From assembly GCA_016710015.1 (NCBI GenBank), contig JADJLR010000008.1:6891-70890 (forward strand): DNA of 64,000 nt, read 5' to 3'. The DNA is from Flavobacteriales bacterium (GTDB lineage Bacteria; Bacteroidota; Bacteroidia; Flavobacteriales_F; PHOS-HE28). Under the pieces are notes generated by a model. The model made no database searches, had not been told where the DNA came from, and saw only the letters and a program-made list of their open reading frames with translations. Positions 1 through 10,111 of this stretch are shown here, piece after piece (position 1 is the stretch's first letter; every line of letters starts with the position of its first letter). The position numbers and the translations under genes were made by a program.

Positions 1-235
1 GAAACCACACGGCATATGATCTTGAACGGGCCAACGAGTATCCTTCAGTGCCCGAGCCCCATCTCTTCAAGCTCCGGCTCGAACTGCCCGCTCGTGGCGT
101 TCTCCCTCAGCCACTCCAAGTTGGCTGCGACCTCGGACCGAAGTCCTCGGATATACTTATGGAATGCGTCTGAGCCAACAAGCGCAAAGACCTACGTTCG
201 CTCTTTCTGGCCTGGGCAAGCACGATGAGCTTCAC
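1..235 (-). pseudogene. ParE/RelE-like toxin remnant (5' part; continues off the left edge)
   Basis: Minus strand: GTG at 235 overlaps the antitoxin stop (GTGA). It reads VKLIVLAQARKSERRSLRLLAQ, then after a frame change AFHKYIRGLRSEVAANLEWLRENATSGQFEPELEEMGLGH, then an in-frame TGA, then RILVGPFKIICRVV to the window edge. The pattern resembles plasmid-stabilisation toxins. The track has no intact minus-strand ORF of 60 aa or more here. Confidence 0.35.
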
Positions 236-482
236 GCGCGACGCTCGGAATTGGCCTTCTTCGAATAGAGTCCTTCCATGAACTCGTCCATGTCTTTGTT
301 GAACTCCTCCGGTGTCTGGAACCGTCCAGCCTTCAGATCTCCTTCCGCCTTCAGTGCGCGCTTGACCAGAGGGCTTTGGCGCACAGGACTCCCCAGCACC
401 TTGGCAACCTGTCCAGCACGGCAGGATCCCTCACCGTATCGATCAACCTCTTCAGTCGAGCCATTCTCTGTGGAATGGTCAT
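232..482 (-). pseudogene. Type II antitoxin remnant (frameshifted)
   Basis: Minus strand: ATG at 482 gives MTIPQRMARLKRLIDTVRDPAVLDR. The plausible continuation VAKVLGSPVRQSPLVKRALKAEGDLKAGRFQTPEEFNKDMDEFMEGLYSKKANSERRA lies in another frame and ends at a TGA (232-234) overlapping the toxin GTG. One frameshift is needed to join the halves. Confidence 0.35.
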
Positions 483-787
483 GTCACGACGCTTTTACCA
501 ATGGTAAGTCCTGTGCGGTAGACCGAATGAGGTTGTGGAGTGCGGGTCAACAGCAGCACTGAAAGATGTCAAACCGTAGCCTTAAGGTTTCTTGATCGCC
601 CGCACATGGTTCGTTCTTCACCGATGGTTGATCACGATAGGGACCTGTAACCAATCTTCGATGACCGTGTCCAATTACCTCTGTTCTACTTGGATCACGA
701 GTCTCGTTGCCTGAACTCAACGCGCACACGCCCCTTCTGGCTGATCCGGAATAATTCTCATTTCCCTGCAATTCTAAAGTTCCATTT

Positions 788-795
788 TACATTTG
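788..795 (+). promoter_or_regulatory. Bacteroidota -7 promoter box TACATTTG
   Basis: Exact TAnnTTTG match 18 nt upstream of the ATG at 814. Confidence 0.4.
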
Positions 796-813
796 CAGGG
801 TATTTTCTTGAGG

Positions 814-1977
814 ATGATCAAACGAAGTTTAGCACCCATTGCCCTGGAACGATTGCGGAAACGCCCGGCCGTGGCCATTCTCGGCGCAAGGCAAGTTGGC
901 AAGACAACGCTTTCCATGCAGTTGGTGAAGGACCTGAAGTTGCCCCATTTGCGGTTGGACCTACAGGACCCGGACGATCTCGCTCTTCTGGTGGATGCGA
1001 AACCCTTCCTATCCGCACATGCCAACGAATTGGTCGTGATCGATGAAGTCCAACGCAAGCCCGAATTATTCCCCTTGCTACGATCACTGATCGACAAGGA
1101 CCGTAGAACTGGACGCTTCCTGCTTTTGGGATCCAGTTCACCGGCCATTGTACAAGCGGCTTCGGAATCGTTGGCAGGAAGGATCACCTACTTGGACCTC
1201 TACCCGTTCTCGTTGCACGAGGTGGGTGCAAAGCACTTGGACCGTCTGTGGTTGCGTGGCGGCTATCCGGATGCATTCTTGGCCGATACCGATGCAGATG
1301 CCTTTTCCGTGCTCATGGATATCCTTCGCTCCTTCACGGAACGCGACCTGCCGGCATTGGGCCTACGAGCCGACCCGGCGAATACGACCCAATTGTTGCG
1401 CATGCTAACTGCCGTACACGGCAACGTGTTGAACATGGCCTTGTTGGGCAAATCAATGGGGCTGAGCGGACCGACGATCAAGACCTATCTGCGCTATTTC
1501 GAGCAAGCATACATGACCTTCACCTTGCCCAGTCACCACGTGAATGTGCGTAAACGTCTTACACGAGCACCCAAGATCTACATTACGGATAGTGGGATGC
1601 TGCATACGTTGTCCTCCATCCGCACGCACGATGACCTGTTCGCTTCCCCCGATCGCGGTCACTCATGGGAAGGGTTCGCGGTGCAACAGATCCGGGCATG
1701 GCTGGATCGCAGGGCGGAGCTTTCCTATTTCCGAACGCAGGATGGATCCGAACTCGACCTCGTGATCACTCAAGGGACGAAAGTGAAAGCCGGGATCGAG
1801 ATCAAAACGACCAACGCTCCTACATTGAGTTTCGGGAACCAGCTGGCCTTTGAAGCTGTGAGAGCCCCGGTACGTCTGGTTCTGACACCAAGCGCCAAGG
1901 ACCATTCCATGGGTCAAGGGATCCATGTTTGCTCCATGGCCTCCATTTGGAAGCACCTTGAAAACGCATTGGACTGA
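814..1977 (+). CDS. AAA+ ATPase with DUF4143-type C-terminal domain
   Basis: Walker A GARQVGKTT. Overall pattern matches the ATP-binding protein family with a DUF4143 tail (ERDL..., YFRTQDGSELDLV). Start trimmed from TTG 793 to ATG 814. Confidence 0.85.
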   Translation: MIKRSLAPIALERLRKRPAVAILGARQVGKTTLSMQLVKDLKLPHLRLDLQDPDDLALLVDAKPFLSAHANELVVIDEVQRKPELFPLLRSLIDKDRRTGRFLLLGSSSPAIVQAASESLAGRITYLDLYPFSLHEVGAKHLDRLWLRGGYPDAFLADTDADAFSVLMDILRSFTERDLPALGLRADPANTTQLLRMLTAVHGNVLNMALLGKSMGLSGPTIKTYLRYFEQAYMTFTLPSHHVNVRKRLTRAPKIYITDSGMLHTLSSIRTHDDLFASPDRGHSWEGFAVQQIRAWLDRRAELSYFRTQDGSELDLVITQGTKVKAGIEIKTTNAPTLSFGNQLAFEAVRAPVRLVLTPSAKDHSMGQGIHVCSMASIWKHLENALD

Positions 1978-1984
1978 TCCACTT

Positions 1985-2734
1985 CTACAACGAGGCGTTC
2001 CGCAACTTCCCACTCCCGATCAACTTGTGCAAATGCGGTCGTGTCAGGGTGTTCTTGATGGCCTGCACGTGATTCATGTTGTGGCAGTCGCTACCCAGCA
2101 GCTCGTAATGCCCTGCATCGACGAGGCGTTCGGCGATCTGCTTGGCTTGTGGTCCGTAGGCACCGGATAGCGCGATCATGTTCAACTGGAACAGGACTCC
2201 TCGTTCCTTCAAGCGTTCGTACTTGGTGAAGTCCGTGTACCAAAAGGCGTAGCGTTCCGGGTGGGCAAGCACGGGCCGATAACCGGCGGTCTGCATCTGG
2301 AAAATGATCTCCAGCAGCATGTTCGGCTCACTGATGAACGGCAGTTCGAAGAGCACCATTTCCTGTCCGAAGGTGAGTATCTTCCGATCGGCGACCTTCT
2401 TCTCCAATTCGTGATCGAGGTAATACTCAGCGGCCGCATCCACTTCTATCGCAATGCCACGCTGTCTCACCTCATCGCGCACACGCTCTAGTCCACCAAG
2501 GATGATCTCTGGGGTATTCTTGTACCCGTCCGCCATGTTGTGCGGCGTGGTGATCACCTTTCGATAGCCCAGTTCAGCCATGGCGGAAAGCAACTCCATG
2601 GACTGCTCCATGGTCTGCGCGCCATCGTCGATGCCCGGTATGAAGTGCGAATGGATATCCACGCCAAGAACACCGAGATCGACCGGACCCAAGGAGGATC
2701 CCTGTTTACCGAATAGGTTACCCAGCAATCCCAT
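1985..2734 (-). CDS. CpsB/Wzh-type PHP-family protein-tyrosine phosphatase (capsule biosynthesis)
   Basis: DIHSHFIPGIDDGA, TPH, AHPERY and SDCH metal-binding motifs are typical of CpsB/YwqE. ATG 2734 lies 2 nt after the rfbB stop. Confidence 0.8.
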   Translation of the reverse strand: MGLLGNLFGKQGSSLGPVDLGVLGVDIHSHFIPGIDDGAQTMEQSMELLSAMAELGYRKVITTPHNMADGYKNTPEIILGGLERVRDEVRQRGIAIEVDAAAEYYLDHELEKKVADRKILTFGQEMVLFELPFISEPNMLLEIIFQMQTAGYRPVLAHPERYAFWYTDFTKYERLKERGVLFQLNMIALSGAYGPQAKQIAERLVDAGHYELLGSDCHNMNHVQAIKNTLTRPHLHKLIGSGKLRNASL

Positions 2735-2736
2735 GA

Positions 2737-3795
2737 TCAACGGGCGTATTGCGCTTCGTAGTAGCTGCGATAGGCACCACTGGTCACATGATCAAGCCAC
2801 TCCGTATTTGCCAAGTACCACTCCACTGTGCGTTCCAAACCGACCTCGAAGGTGATGCTCGGCTTCCATCCCAGTTCACGTTCGATCTTGGTTGCATCGA
2901 TCGCGTAACGCAGGTCATGGCCTGCACGATCGGTGACGTAGGTGATCAACTTCGCGCTCTCTCCTTCCATGCGACCCAACTTCTGATCCATGATCCGACA
3001 AAGCAGGTGCACAAGGTCGATGTTCTTCCACTCGTTGTGCCCACCGATGTTGTACGTCTCGCCGATCACACCTTTGTGGAATACGGTATCGATAGCACTG
3101 GCGTGATCCTCCACCCACAACCAATCGCGCACGTTCTCGCCCTTACCATAGACCGGCAGGGGTTTGTTGTGGCGGATGTTGTTGATCATGAGCGGGATCA
3201 ACTTCTCCGGGAAGTGATGGCTACCGTAGTTGTTGCTGCAATTGCTGAGTACGAAAGGTAGCTTGTACGTATTGCCGTATGCGCGAACGAAGTGATCACT
3301 TGCCGCTTTGCTCGCGCTATACGGGCTTTGCGGATCGTAGGGCGTGGTCTCCAGGAATAGGCTGTCATCGTGCAACGACCCATAGACCTCATCCGTGCTC
3401 ACGTGGTAGAAGCGCTTGCCTTCGAAAGCACCTTTCCATGCTTCCCGAGCTGCATTGAGCATGGTGACCGTGCCGATCACGTTCGTTTCAACGAAGGCCA
3501 TGGGGTCGCTGATGCTGCGGTCCACGTGGCTTTCCGCAGCGAGATGGATCACGCCATCGATCGCGTGGTCCCTGAAGACCTTGCGCACGGCATCCATATC
3601 ACGGATGTCGGCCTTCACGAAGGTGTAGTTCCGTGCCTTCTCCACGTCGCGCAGGTTCTCCAAGTTCCCGGCGTAGGTGAGTACATCGAGGTTGATGATG
3701 CGGTACTGCGGGTACTTCGTAACGAAGCGCCGCACCACGTGGCTACCGATGAATCCAGCACCGCCAGTGATCAATATGTTCCGCTGCACACTCAC
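2737..3795 (-). CDS. rfbB: dTDP-glucose 4,6-dehydratase
   Basis: NILITGGAGFIGSH Rossmann motif, STDEVYG, YSASKA catalytic motif. GTG at 3795 overlaps the upstream TGA (GTGA); the longer ORF-track N-terminus overlaps the upstream gene. Confidence 0.9.
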   Translation of the reverse strand: MSVQRNILITGGAGFIGSHVVRRFVTKYPQYRIINLDVLTYAGNLENLRDVEKARNYTFVKADIRDMDAVRKVFRDHAIDGVIHLAAESHVDRSISDPMAFVETNVIGTVTMLNAAREAWKGAFEGKRFYHVSTDEVYGSLHDDSLFLETTPYDPQSPYSASKAASDHFVRAYGNTYKLPFVLSNCSNNYGSHHFPEKLIPLMINNIRHNKPLPVYGKGENVRDWLWVEDHASAIDTVFHKGVIGETYNIGGHNEWKNIDLVHLLCRIMDQKLGRMEGESAKLITYVTDRAGHDLRYAIDATKIERELGWKPSITFEVGLERTVEWYLANTEWLDHVTSGAYRSYYEAQYAR

Positions 3796-5090
3796 AGGCT
3801 CCAGTAGGTCAGGTCCTTGATCTTGGTGCGGAAAATGCCCTTGAGGTCCACGAGCACTCCTTTCGGCTTCAACATGCTCTTGAACCATGCTTCATCCTTG
3901 TCGACGTACTCGCTGTGGTTCACCGCTACGATGATCGCATCATACGGCCCCTTCATTTCCGGTGCCAGTTTGTAGCCGTACTCGTGCTCCACTTCCGCCG
4001 CATCGGCATGCGGATCGGTCACGTCCACACTGCAACTGAAACTCTTCAACTCGTTGATCACATCCGCGACCTTGCTGTTCCGGATGTCGGTAACATTCTC
4101 CTTGAAGGTCGCACCCATCACCAGCACGCGCGCATCCGCAGGATTGGTGCCTGATGCGATGATCTTCTTCACGGTCTGTTTGGCCGCGTAGCCACCCATA
4201 CTGTCGTTTACGAAACGGCCCGCATCGATGATCTGTGCATGATAGCCCAACTCCTTCGCTTTGTACACGAGGTAGTAGGGATCGACACCGATGCAATGTC
4301 CACCGACCAGACCGGGTTGGAACTTGAGGAAATTCCATTTCGTGCCCGCTGCTTCCAACACGTCATAGGTATTGATGCCCATGCGGTTGAAGATGATGGA
4401 GAGCTCGTTGATCAAGGCGATATTCACATCCCTCTGCGTGTTCTCGATGATCTTGGCAGCCTCGGCCACTTTGATGCTGGCCGCGCGATGAACCCCGGCT
4501 TTCACCACCAACTCATACACCTTGGCGATGATCTCGGCACTCTCCGGATCGCAACCGCTGCTCACCTTGATGATGCTTTCCAAGGTGTGTTCCTTATCTC
4601 CTGGATTGATACGCTCCGGCGAATAACCGACCTTGAAGTCCTCAACGAATTTCAAGTTGCTCAGTCGCTCCAACAGAGGCACACAATCCTCCTCGGTACA
4701 ACCGGGATACACGGTGCTTTCATACACCACGTAATCGTTCTTCTTCAACACCTGACCCACGGTGCGGGTGGCACCCAACAGGGGTGTAAGGTCCGGGATG
4801 TTCTGGCTGTCGATCGGCGTTGGCACCGCTACGATGAAGAACTCCACATCGCGCAGATCTTCCAGATCCGCCGTGAAGTGGATGTCGCGACCTTCGAACT
4901 CGCTTGCGTCCAATTCATTGCTGGGATCTTCACCATTGCGCATCATGTCCACGCGCTTCTGGTTGATGTCGAAGCCCACCACCTTGATCTTACGGGCGAA
5001 GGCCAATGCGATGGGTAATCCCACATAGCCCAGTCCGATCACGGCCAATTTCGCCTCCTTCTTCAGCAGGCGGTCATACAGATTGCTCAT
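3792..5090 (-). CDS. Nucleotide-sugar 6-dehydrogenase, WbpA/TviB-like (UDP-GlcNAc/GalNAc dehydrogenase)
   Basis: AVIGLGYVGLP NAD motif and GGHCIGVDPYY catalytic Cys region, with length and layout of the Vi/WbpA-type UDP-N-acetyl-hexosamine dehydrogenases. Confidence 0.85.
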   Translation of the reverse strand: MSNLYDRLLKKEAKLAVIGLGYVGLPIALAFARKIKVVGFDINQKRVDMMRNGEDPSNELDASEFEGRDIHFTADLEDLRDVEFFIVAVPTPIDSQNIPDLTPLLGATRTVGQVLKKNDYVVYESTVYPGCTEEDCVPLLERLSNLKFVEDFKVGYSPERINPGDKEHTLESIIKVSSGCDPESAEIIAKVYELVVKAGVHRAASIKVAEAAKIIENTQRDVNIALINELSIIFNRMGINTYDVLEAAGTKWNFLKFQPGLVGGHCIGVDPYYLVYKAKELGYHAQIIDAGRFVNDSMGGYAAKQTVKKIIASGTNPADARVLVMGATFKENVTDIRNSKVADVINELKSFSCSVDVTDPHADAAEVEHEYGYKLAPEMKGPYDAIIVAVNHSEYVDKDEAWFKSMLKPKGVLVDLKGIFRTKIKDLTYWSL

Positions 5091-6099
5091 TCCTCTTCTT
5101 GTAAATGCGTTCGATGATCTCTACCACCTTCAAGCCTTCGAGGGCATTCGTGGTGAGGGTGTTGCGGCCGTTCAGGGTGTCCACCACGTTATCGATGATG
5201 AAACCGTGGTTGTTGGCGCTGCCCTTGTACGTACCGTAGTCGTTCGCCGGATTCGTAGGCGCGAGTACGGGCATCGTGTAGTCCTTGATGTGGCAGTATT
5301 CCACTTGATCCATGTACTGCCCACCGATCTTGACACTGCCGGTGGAACCGATGATGGTCATACTGCTTTCCAAATTCTTGTCCCATACCGCGGTACTGTA
5401 ATTGAGGCAGCCCATGCCCCCGTTCAGGAAGCGAAAGTTCACCAAGCCGCTGTCCTCGAACTCGGTGAGGTCCTGGTGATTGAAGTCCGCGAACTTCCCT
5501 TGGATATCCGAAATGTCGCCGAACAGCCAATACAGGATATCGATAAAGTGACTGAATTGGGTGAAAAGTGTACCACCATCGAGGTCCTTGGTCCCTTTCC
5601 AACTGCCCTTCTTGTAGTACCGTTCATCCCGGTTCCAATAGCAGTTCACCTGCACGAGATGGATGTTGCCGAGCAGGCCTTGATCCACCACCCCCTTGAT
5701 CCATTGGCTTGGTGGAGAGTAGCGGTTCTGCATCACCCCGAATACGGTGCGATGGACCTGTAGTGCCTTGTAGATGATGGCCTCGCAATTCGCTTTGCTC
5801 AAGGCCAGCGGTTTCTCGCACACCACGTGTTTGCGGCGCTCCAAGGCCAACAGGCTCAATTCCGCATGCAAACCATTCGGCGTACACACATTCACCACGT
5901 CGATGTCCTCGACCTGATCCAACATGGCACGGGCATCTTGGAAATAGGGCACGTCGAATGCGTTCGCGCCTACCTCGTCGCGACTCCGTGGATCGCAGAT
6001 CGCCACGAGTTCTGACTCCGGGTGTCGCTGGATCATTTCCGCGTGCCGCTTCCCAATGTGGCCGCATCCAATGACGGCGAATTTGATCGGTGTATTCAT
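5074..6099 (-). CDS. Gfo/Idh/MocA oxidoreductase, WbpB-like
   Basis: KFAVIGCGHIGKRHAE N-terminal Rossmann motif and EKP motif. ATG 6099 overlaps the upstream stop (ATGA). Context with WbpA/D/E-like genes. Confidence 0.8.
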   Translation of the reverse strand: MNTPIKFAVIGCGHIGKRHAEMIQRHPESELVAICDPRSRDEVGANAFDVPYFQDARAMLDQVEDIDVVNVCTPNGLHAELSLLALERRKHVVCEKPLALSKANCEAIIYKALQVHRTVFGVMQNRYSPPSQWIKGVVDQGLLGNIHLVQVNCYWNRDERYYKKGSWKGTKDLDGGTLFTQFSHFIDILYWLFGDISDIQGKFADFNHQDLTEFEDSGLVNFRFLNGGMGCLNYSTAVWDKNLESSMTIIGSTGSVKIGGQYMDQVEYCHIKDYTMPVLAPTNPANDYGTYKGSANNHGFIIDNVVDTLNGRNTLTTNALEGLKVVEIIERIYKKRNEQSV

Positions 6100-6668
6100 G
6101 GTATGCGTTGCACTGATCCGTCCTTGAGTTGGTAACGATCCCCGCTTTCCGGGCAAGTGGCCATGCCTTCCGGATCGAACTGCAACCGATGGCCGAATTC
6201 ACTCATCCACCCGATGCGCTTTGCAGGATTACCCACCACCAGCGCATGGTCCGGCACTTCCTTGGTGACCACTGCACCAGCGCCGATGAAGGCGTAGCGG
6301 CCGATGTCGTGCCCACAAACGATGGTGGCGTTCGCCCCGATGGATGCTCCTTTCTTCACTAACGTACGAAGGTATTGGTCACGCCTCGCGACCGCGCTAC
6401 GCGGATTGATGACGTTGGTGAATACGCAGGACGGCCCTAAGAAGACATCATCCTCGCATTCCACACCGGTATATAGGCTCACGTTGTTCTGCACTTTGAC
6501 GTTGCGCCCCAGTTTCACTTTTGGGCTCACCACGACGTTCTGCCCGATGTTGCAGTCTTCACCAATGACGCAATCCGGCATGATGTGCGTGAAGTGCCAA
6601 ATGCGCGTCCCCTCACCGATGGTGCAACCTTCGTCAATGACTGCGGTGGGGTGTGCGATGTAGTGCAT
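6096..6668 (-). CDS. Left-handed beta-helix N-acetyltransferase, WbpD-like
   Basis: Hexapeptide repeats with IWHFTHIM...NVKVQNNVS...VFTNVINPRS...GASIGANATIVCG...VVGNPA, as in UDP-2-acetamido-3-amino-2,3-dideoxy-glucuronate N-acetyltransferases. Start placed at MHYIAHPTA. Confidence 0.8.
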   Translation of the reverse strand: MHYIAHPTAVIDEGCTIGEGTRIWHFTHIMPDCVIGEDCNIGQNVVVSPKVKLGRNVKVQNNVSLYTGVECEDDVFLGPSCVFTNVINPRSAVARRDQYLRTLVKKGASIGANATIVCGHDIGRYAFIGAGAVVTKEVPDHALVVGNPAKRIGWMSEFGHRLQFDPEGMATCPESGDRYQLKDGSVQRIP

Positions 6669-6760
6669 TTGGGCATGCGGGCATGAGAACATGGGGGCAT
6701 GTGCGCATGGCCGTTAGGGCCGCGAAGGTACCTAAGGTGGGCCGGATGGGAAAGGTTCGA

Positions 6761-7654
6761 TCAGGGCTTTTCCGGAGGAAACATGATGGCGGCGATGCGC
6801 TCGTCCAACCCTTCCAAGGTCCCAGTATCGCCGGAGGAGATGAGGCTTTCGGCCGCCTCCCGCAAGACACTAGCAGATAACTGCGCACCTGTGTTCCAGC
6901 GGGTGCCTTCGAACCATGTCTTGGCATCCTCCACGCTCAAGCCGTACCGATGGGCCACCATTTCCGGTGCGGTGCGCTTGGTCATCAATCCGCTCGCTTG
7001 GTCCCGGATCACGTTGAGCATGCGCTCCACTTCCGGCCTGTGCGCGTTCAGAATGGTATTCGTGGCAACGATCATGAAGGCCGGCCAGTTGGCGCGGAAC
7101 TCGTCCACCAGCCTGAGCAGACCTTGATCTACGAGCGGTTTGGTGGTGTATTTCTCCCACATAAAGGCGACCGGATCCGCTTCCTTCAACCGCTCCACCG
7201 CACCTTTCAAGTCATGCACTAAGATGAAGTCGCTTTTCTGAGCGGACCAGCCTTGTGCGTGTGTATAGGCCAATGCAGCCAGATGCGAGCCTGAATTGAG
7301 GCGACTGATCGCGAAGCGACACCCTTTCATTCGTTCCGGGCCTGTGATCGGTGACCCTGCACCAACGTGTACACCCCAAATGAGCGGGGTATCCACATAG
7401 CTTGACAGGATGCGTACGGGTGCTCCATTCAGCGCATACCGCACCGCCCCTTCCGTGACCAGGAGTGCGACATCGACGGAACCGTCATCGAGCAGGCCAC
7501 ACATGGCCCCGGTTCCTTCCGGCACGGTGCGCCACTGGATGTCTAGACCGGCACGCACGAAGGCGCGACGCTCCAAAGCAAGCATCCAGGGCAGGTTGAA
7601 GTGTTCGGGAACACCCGCTACACGGATCCGGGTCAACGGTCGCTCCTCGTTCAC
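6761..7654 (-). CDS. Cytoplasmic periplasmic-binding-protein-fold (NMT1/THI5-like) protein, function unknown
   Basis: [15 protein letters not shown]...PEGTGAM...DVALLVTEG pattern typical of type-2 PBP/NMT1-like folds. No signal peptide. GTG 7654 overlaps the uxs stop (GTGA). Confidence 0.6.
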   Translation of the reverse strand: MNEERPLTRIRVAGVPEHFNLPWMLALERRAFVRAGLDIQWRTVPEGTGAMCGLLDDGSVDVALLVTEGAVRYALNGAPVRILSSYVDTPLIWGVHVGAGSPITGPERMKGCRFAISRLNSGSHLAALAYTHAQGWSAQKSDFILVHDLKGAVERLKEADPVAFMWEKYTTKPLVDQGLLRLVDEFRANWPAFMIVATNTILNAHRPEVERMLNVIRDQASGLMTKRTAPEMVAHRYGLSVEDAKTWFEGTRWNTGAQLSASVLREAAESLISSGDTGTLEGLDERIAAIMFPPEKP

Positions 7655-8631
7655 TTCCGCGCGTACTTCTCGAAACTGAAGTGCTCCTTCTCGTTCAGCT
7701 CGGCCTTGCTCAAGCCTTTGAAGTATTCGAAGGTGCGGCGCATGCCTTCGGCACGGTCCACCTTCGGCTGCCACTTCAACAGCTTCTTCGCCAAGGTGAT
7801 GTCCGGTTGCCGTTGTATCGGGTCATCGCTCGGCAATGGCTTGTAGATGAGCTTTTGCTTGGTGCCGGTGAGCTTCAAGATCTCCTGTGCGAATTGCTTG
7901 ATGGTGATCTCCTTCGGATTGCCGACGTTGACCGGGCCTGCGTAGTCGCTCAATAGCAAGCGATAAATGCCTTCGACCAGGTCATCCACGTAGCAGAAAC
8001 TGCGCGTTTGATCGCCCTTGCCGAAGATCGTGAGGTCCTCGCCGCGTAAGGCTTGTCCCATGAAAGCGGGTACCACCCGACCGTCATTCAATCGCATGCG
8101 TGGTCCGTAGGTGTTGAAGATGCGAACCATGCGGGTCTCGAGACCATGATAGTTGTGGTAGGCCATGGTCATCGCTTCTTGAAAGCGCTTGGCCTCGTCG
8201 TACATGCTGCGCTTTCCGACGGGATTCACATGACCCCAATAGGTCTCGTTCTGCGGATGCACTTTCGGATCGCCATACACCTCACTGGTGCTGGCCACTA
8301 GGATGCGCGCCTTCTTCACTCGTGCCAGACCCAACAGGTTGTGCGTTCCCAATGAGCCCACTTTCAGGGTCTGGATCGGGATCTTCTCGTAATCGATCGG
8401 AGAAGCTGGGGATGCGAAGTGAAGGATGTACTTCAGTTCACCCGGCACATGCACGAACTTGCTTACGTCGTGGTGATAGAATTCGAAGTGCTCCAGCTTG
8501 AAGAGGTGCTCGATGTTCTTCAGGCTTCCCGTGATCAGGTTGTCCATCCCGATCACGTGGTAACCTTCCTTGATGAACCGATCGCAGAGGTGCGAACCGA
8601 GGAAACCAGCGGCTCCGGTGATCAGGGACAC
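7651..8631 (-). CDS. uxs: UDP-glucuronate decarboxylase (UDP-xylose synthase)
   Basis: [31 protein letters not shown] motifs and about 325 aa length. GTG start at 8631. Confidence 0.9.
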   Translation of the reverse strand: MSLITGAAGFLGSHLCDRFIKEGYHVIGMDNLITGSLKNIEHLFKLEHFEFYHHDVSKFVHVPGELKYILHFASPASPIDYEKIPIQTLKVGSLGTHNLLGLARVKKARILVASTSEVYGDPKVHPQNETYWGHVNPVGKRSMYDEAKRFQEAMTMAYHNYHGLETRMVRIFNTYGPRMRLNDGRVVPAFMGQALRGEDLTIFGKGDQTRSFCYVDDLVEGIYRLLLSDYAGPVNVGNPKEITIKQFAQEILKLTGTKQKLIYKPLPSDDPIQRQPDITLAKKLLKWQPKVDRAEGMRRTFEYFKGLSKAELNEKEHFSFEKYARK

Positions 8632-8721
8632 GACCCTTGTTCGCTGGTTTACTCTTGACGACCCTCCGTGTCGAGTTTGCAGCTGGCTTCTTGGAAGTCT
8701 TCGCTTTGCTCTTCTTCGCCA

Positions 8722-10056
8722 TTATGCCTTCGCTTTGACGGGTGCATTCACACCCTGACGGCCCACGCTCACGTAGTGGAAACCGAGTTGCTTCATCTCA
8801 TCAAGGTCGTACAGATTACGTCCGTCGAAGATGATCCGTTCCTTCAGGCTCTCCGACACGCGCTTGAAATCAGGGGTGCGGAAGAGTGCCCATTCCGTGG
8901 CAATGATCAGCGCATCGGCATCCTTCAACGCTGCGTATTCATCCTCTGCGTAACCAATGGTATCGCCTTTCAATTTCTTCACGTTCGGCATGCCTTCGGG
9001 ATCGAAGGTGGTGACCGTGGCTCCCGCCGCGATCAACGCATCGATCATGTACAAGGCAGGAGCCTCACGGATGTCGTCCGTGTCCGGTTTGAAGGCCAAG
9101 CCCCACATGGCGAAATGCTTGCCTTTGATGCCATTGCCGTAGTGCGCCTTGATCTTGTCGGTGAGCGTGGTCTTCTGCTTTTCGTTCACATCCATCACGC
9201 TCTTGATGATCTGGAAGTCGTAGCCCGCATCGCCACCACTCTTGGCCAATGCCTGAACATCCTTGGGGAAGCAGGATCCACCGTAACCGATCCCGGGGAA
9301 TAGGAAGCGCTTGCCGATGCGGGTGTCCGTTCCCATGCCGATCCGCACCTTGTCCACGTCCGCGCCGACCTTCTCGCAGAAGTTCGCGATCTCGTTCATG
9401 AACGTGATCTTGGTCGCGAGGAAGGCATTGGCCGCATACTTGGTCAGTTCGGCACTGCGCTCATCCATGAAGATGATCGGGTTGCCTTGGCGCACGAAAG
9501 GCTTGTAGAGATCCTCCATCACCTTTTGCGCACGGGCGCTGCTGGTACCCACGACCACACGGTCCGGCTTCAGGAAATCGTCCACGGCGAACCCTTCGCG
9601 TAGGAATTCGGGGTTGCTCACCACATCGAACAGGTCTTCCTTGGCGTGTTTGGCCAAAGCCGCATGAACCTTTTCACTTGTTCCGACAGGGACCGTGCTC
9701 TTGTCCACGATCACTTTGTAATCGGTGATGATCTTTCCCAAGTCATCGGCCACGCCCAGAACATACTTCAAGTCGGCGCTACCATCCTCGCCCGGAGGTG
9801 TGGGCAGAGCCAAGAAGATGATCTGGGCATCCTTGATGGCGCTGGCCAGATCGGTGGTGAAGCTCAATCGGCCTTGACGGATGTTACGCTCGAATAGAAC
9901 ATCGAGGTGCGGTTCGTAGATGGGCACTTTGCCATCCTTCATCATTTGCACCTTGTTGGCATCAATGTCCACGCAAATGACGTGGTTGCCGGTTTCTGCG
10001 AAGCATGTGCCGGTCACCAGACCGACGTATCCTGTTCCTACTACTGCGATATTCAT
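8722..10056 (-). CDS. ugd: UDP-glucose 6-dehydrogenase
   Basis: MNIAVVGTGYVGLVTG, GGSCFPKD catalytic Cys, AFKPDTDDIREAP. Start trimmed to ATG 10056. Confidence 0.9.
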   Translation of the reverse strand: MNIAVVGTGYVGLVTGTCFAETGNHVICVDIDANKVQMMKDGKVPIYEPHLDVLFERNIRQGRLSFTTDLASAIKDAQIIFLALPTPPGEDGSADLKYVLGVADDLGKIITDYKVIVDKSTVPVGTSEKVHAALAKHAKEDLFDVVSNPEFLREGFAVDDFLKPDRVVVGTSSARAQKVMEDLYKPFVRQGNPIIFMDERSAELTKYAANAFLATKITFMNEIANFCEKVGADVDKVRIGMGTDTRIGKRFLFPGIGYGGSCFPKDVQALAKSGGDAGYDFQIIKSVMDVNEKQKTTLTDKIKAHYGNGIKGKHFAMWGLAFKPDTDDIREAPALYMIDALIAAGATVTTFDPEGMPNVKKLKGDTIGYAEDEYAALKDADALIIATEWALFRTPDFKRVSESLKERIIFDGRNLYDLDEMKQLGFHYVSVGRQGVNAPVKAKA

Positions 10057-10111
10057 GGTGGTGGGTGGGGCGCGACCCCGGATGAAGCTCCGAGGCATGC
10101 GCCCTTACTGT

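Noticed and set aside
547-771. 74-aa minus-strand ORF in the spacer before the AAA ATPase gene
   Set aside because: It has no motif, odd composition (it ends in CCC) and overlaps the promoter region. It is probably non-coding.
8438-8722. 94-aa ORF starting [32 protein letters not shown], whose ATG overlaps the ugd stop (TAATG) and which then runs out of frame into uxs
   Set aside because: Only the first 30 or so codons lie in the ugd-uxs spacer; the rest is an alternative frame of a well-conserved uxs. The uxs GTG at 8631 gives a normal N-terminus ([13 protein letters not shown]). It could be a tiny coupling uORF or a remnant, but I have no evidence for a real product or a programmed frameshift.
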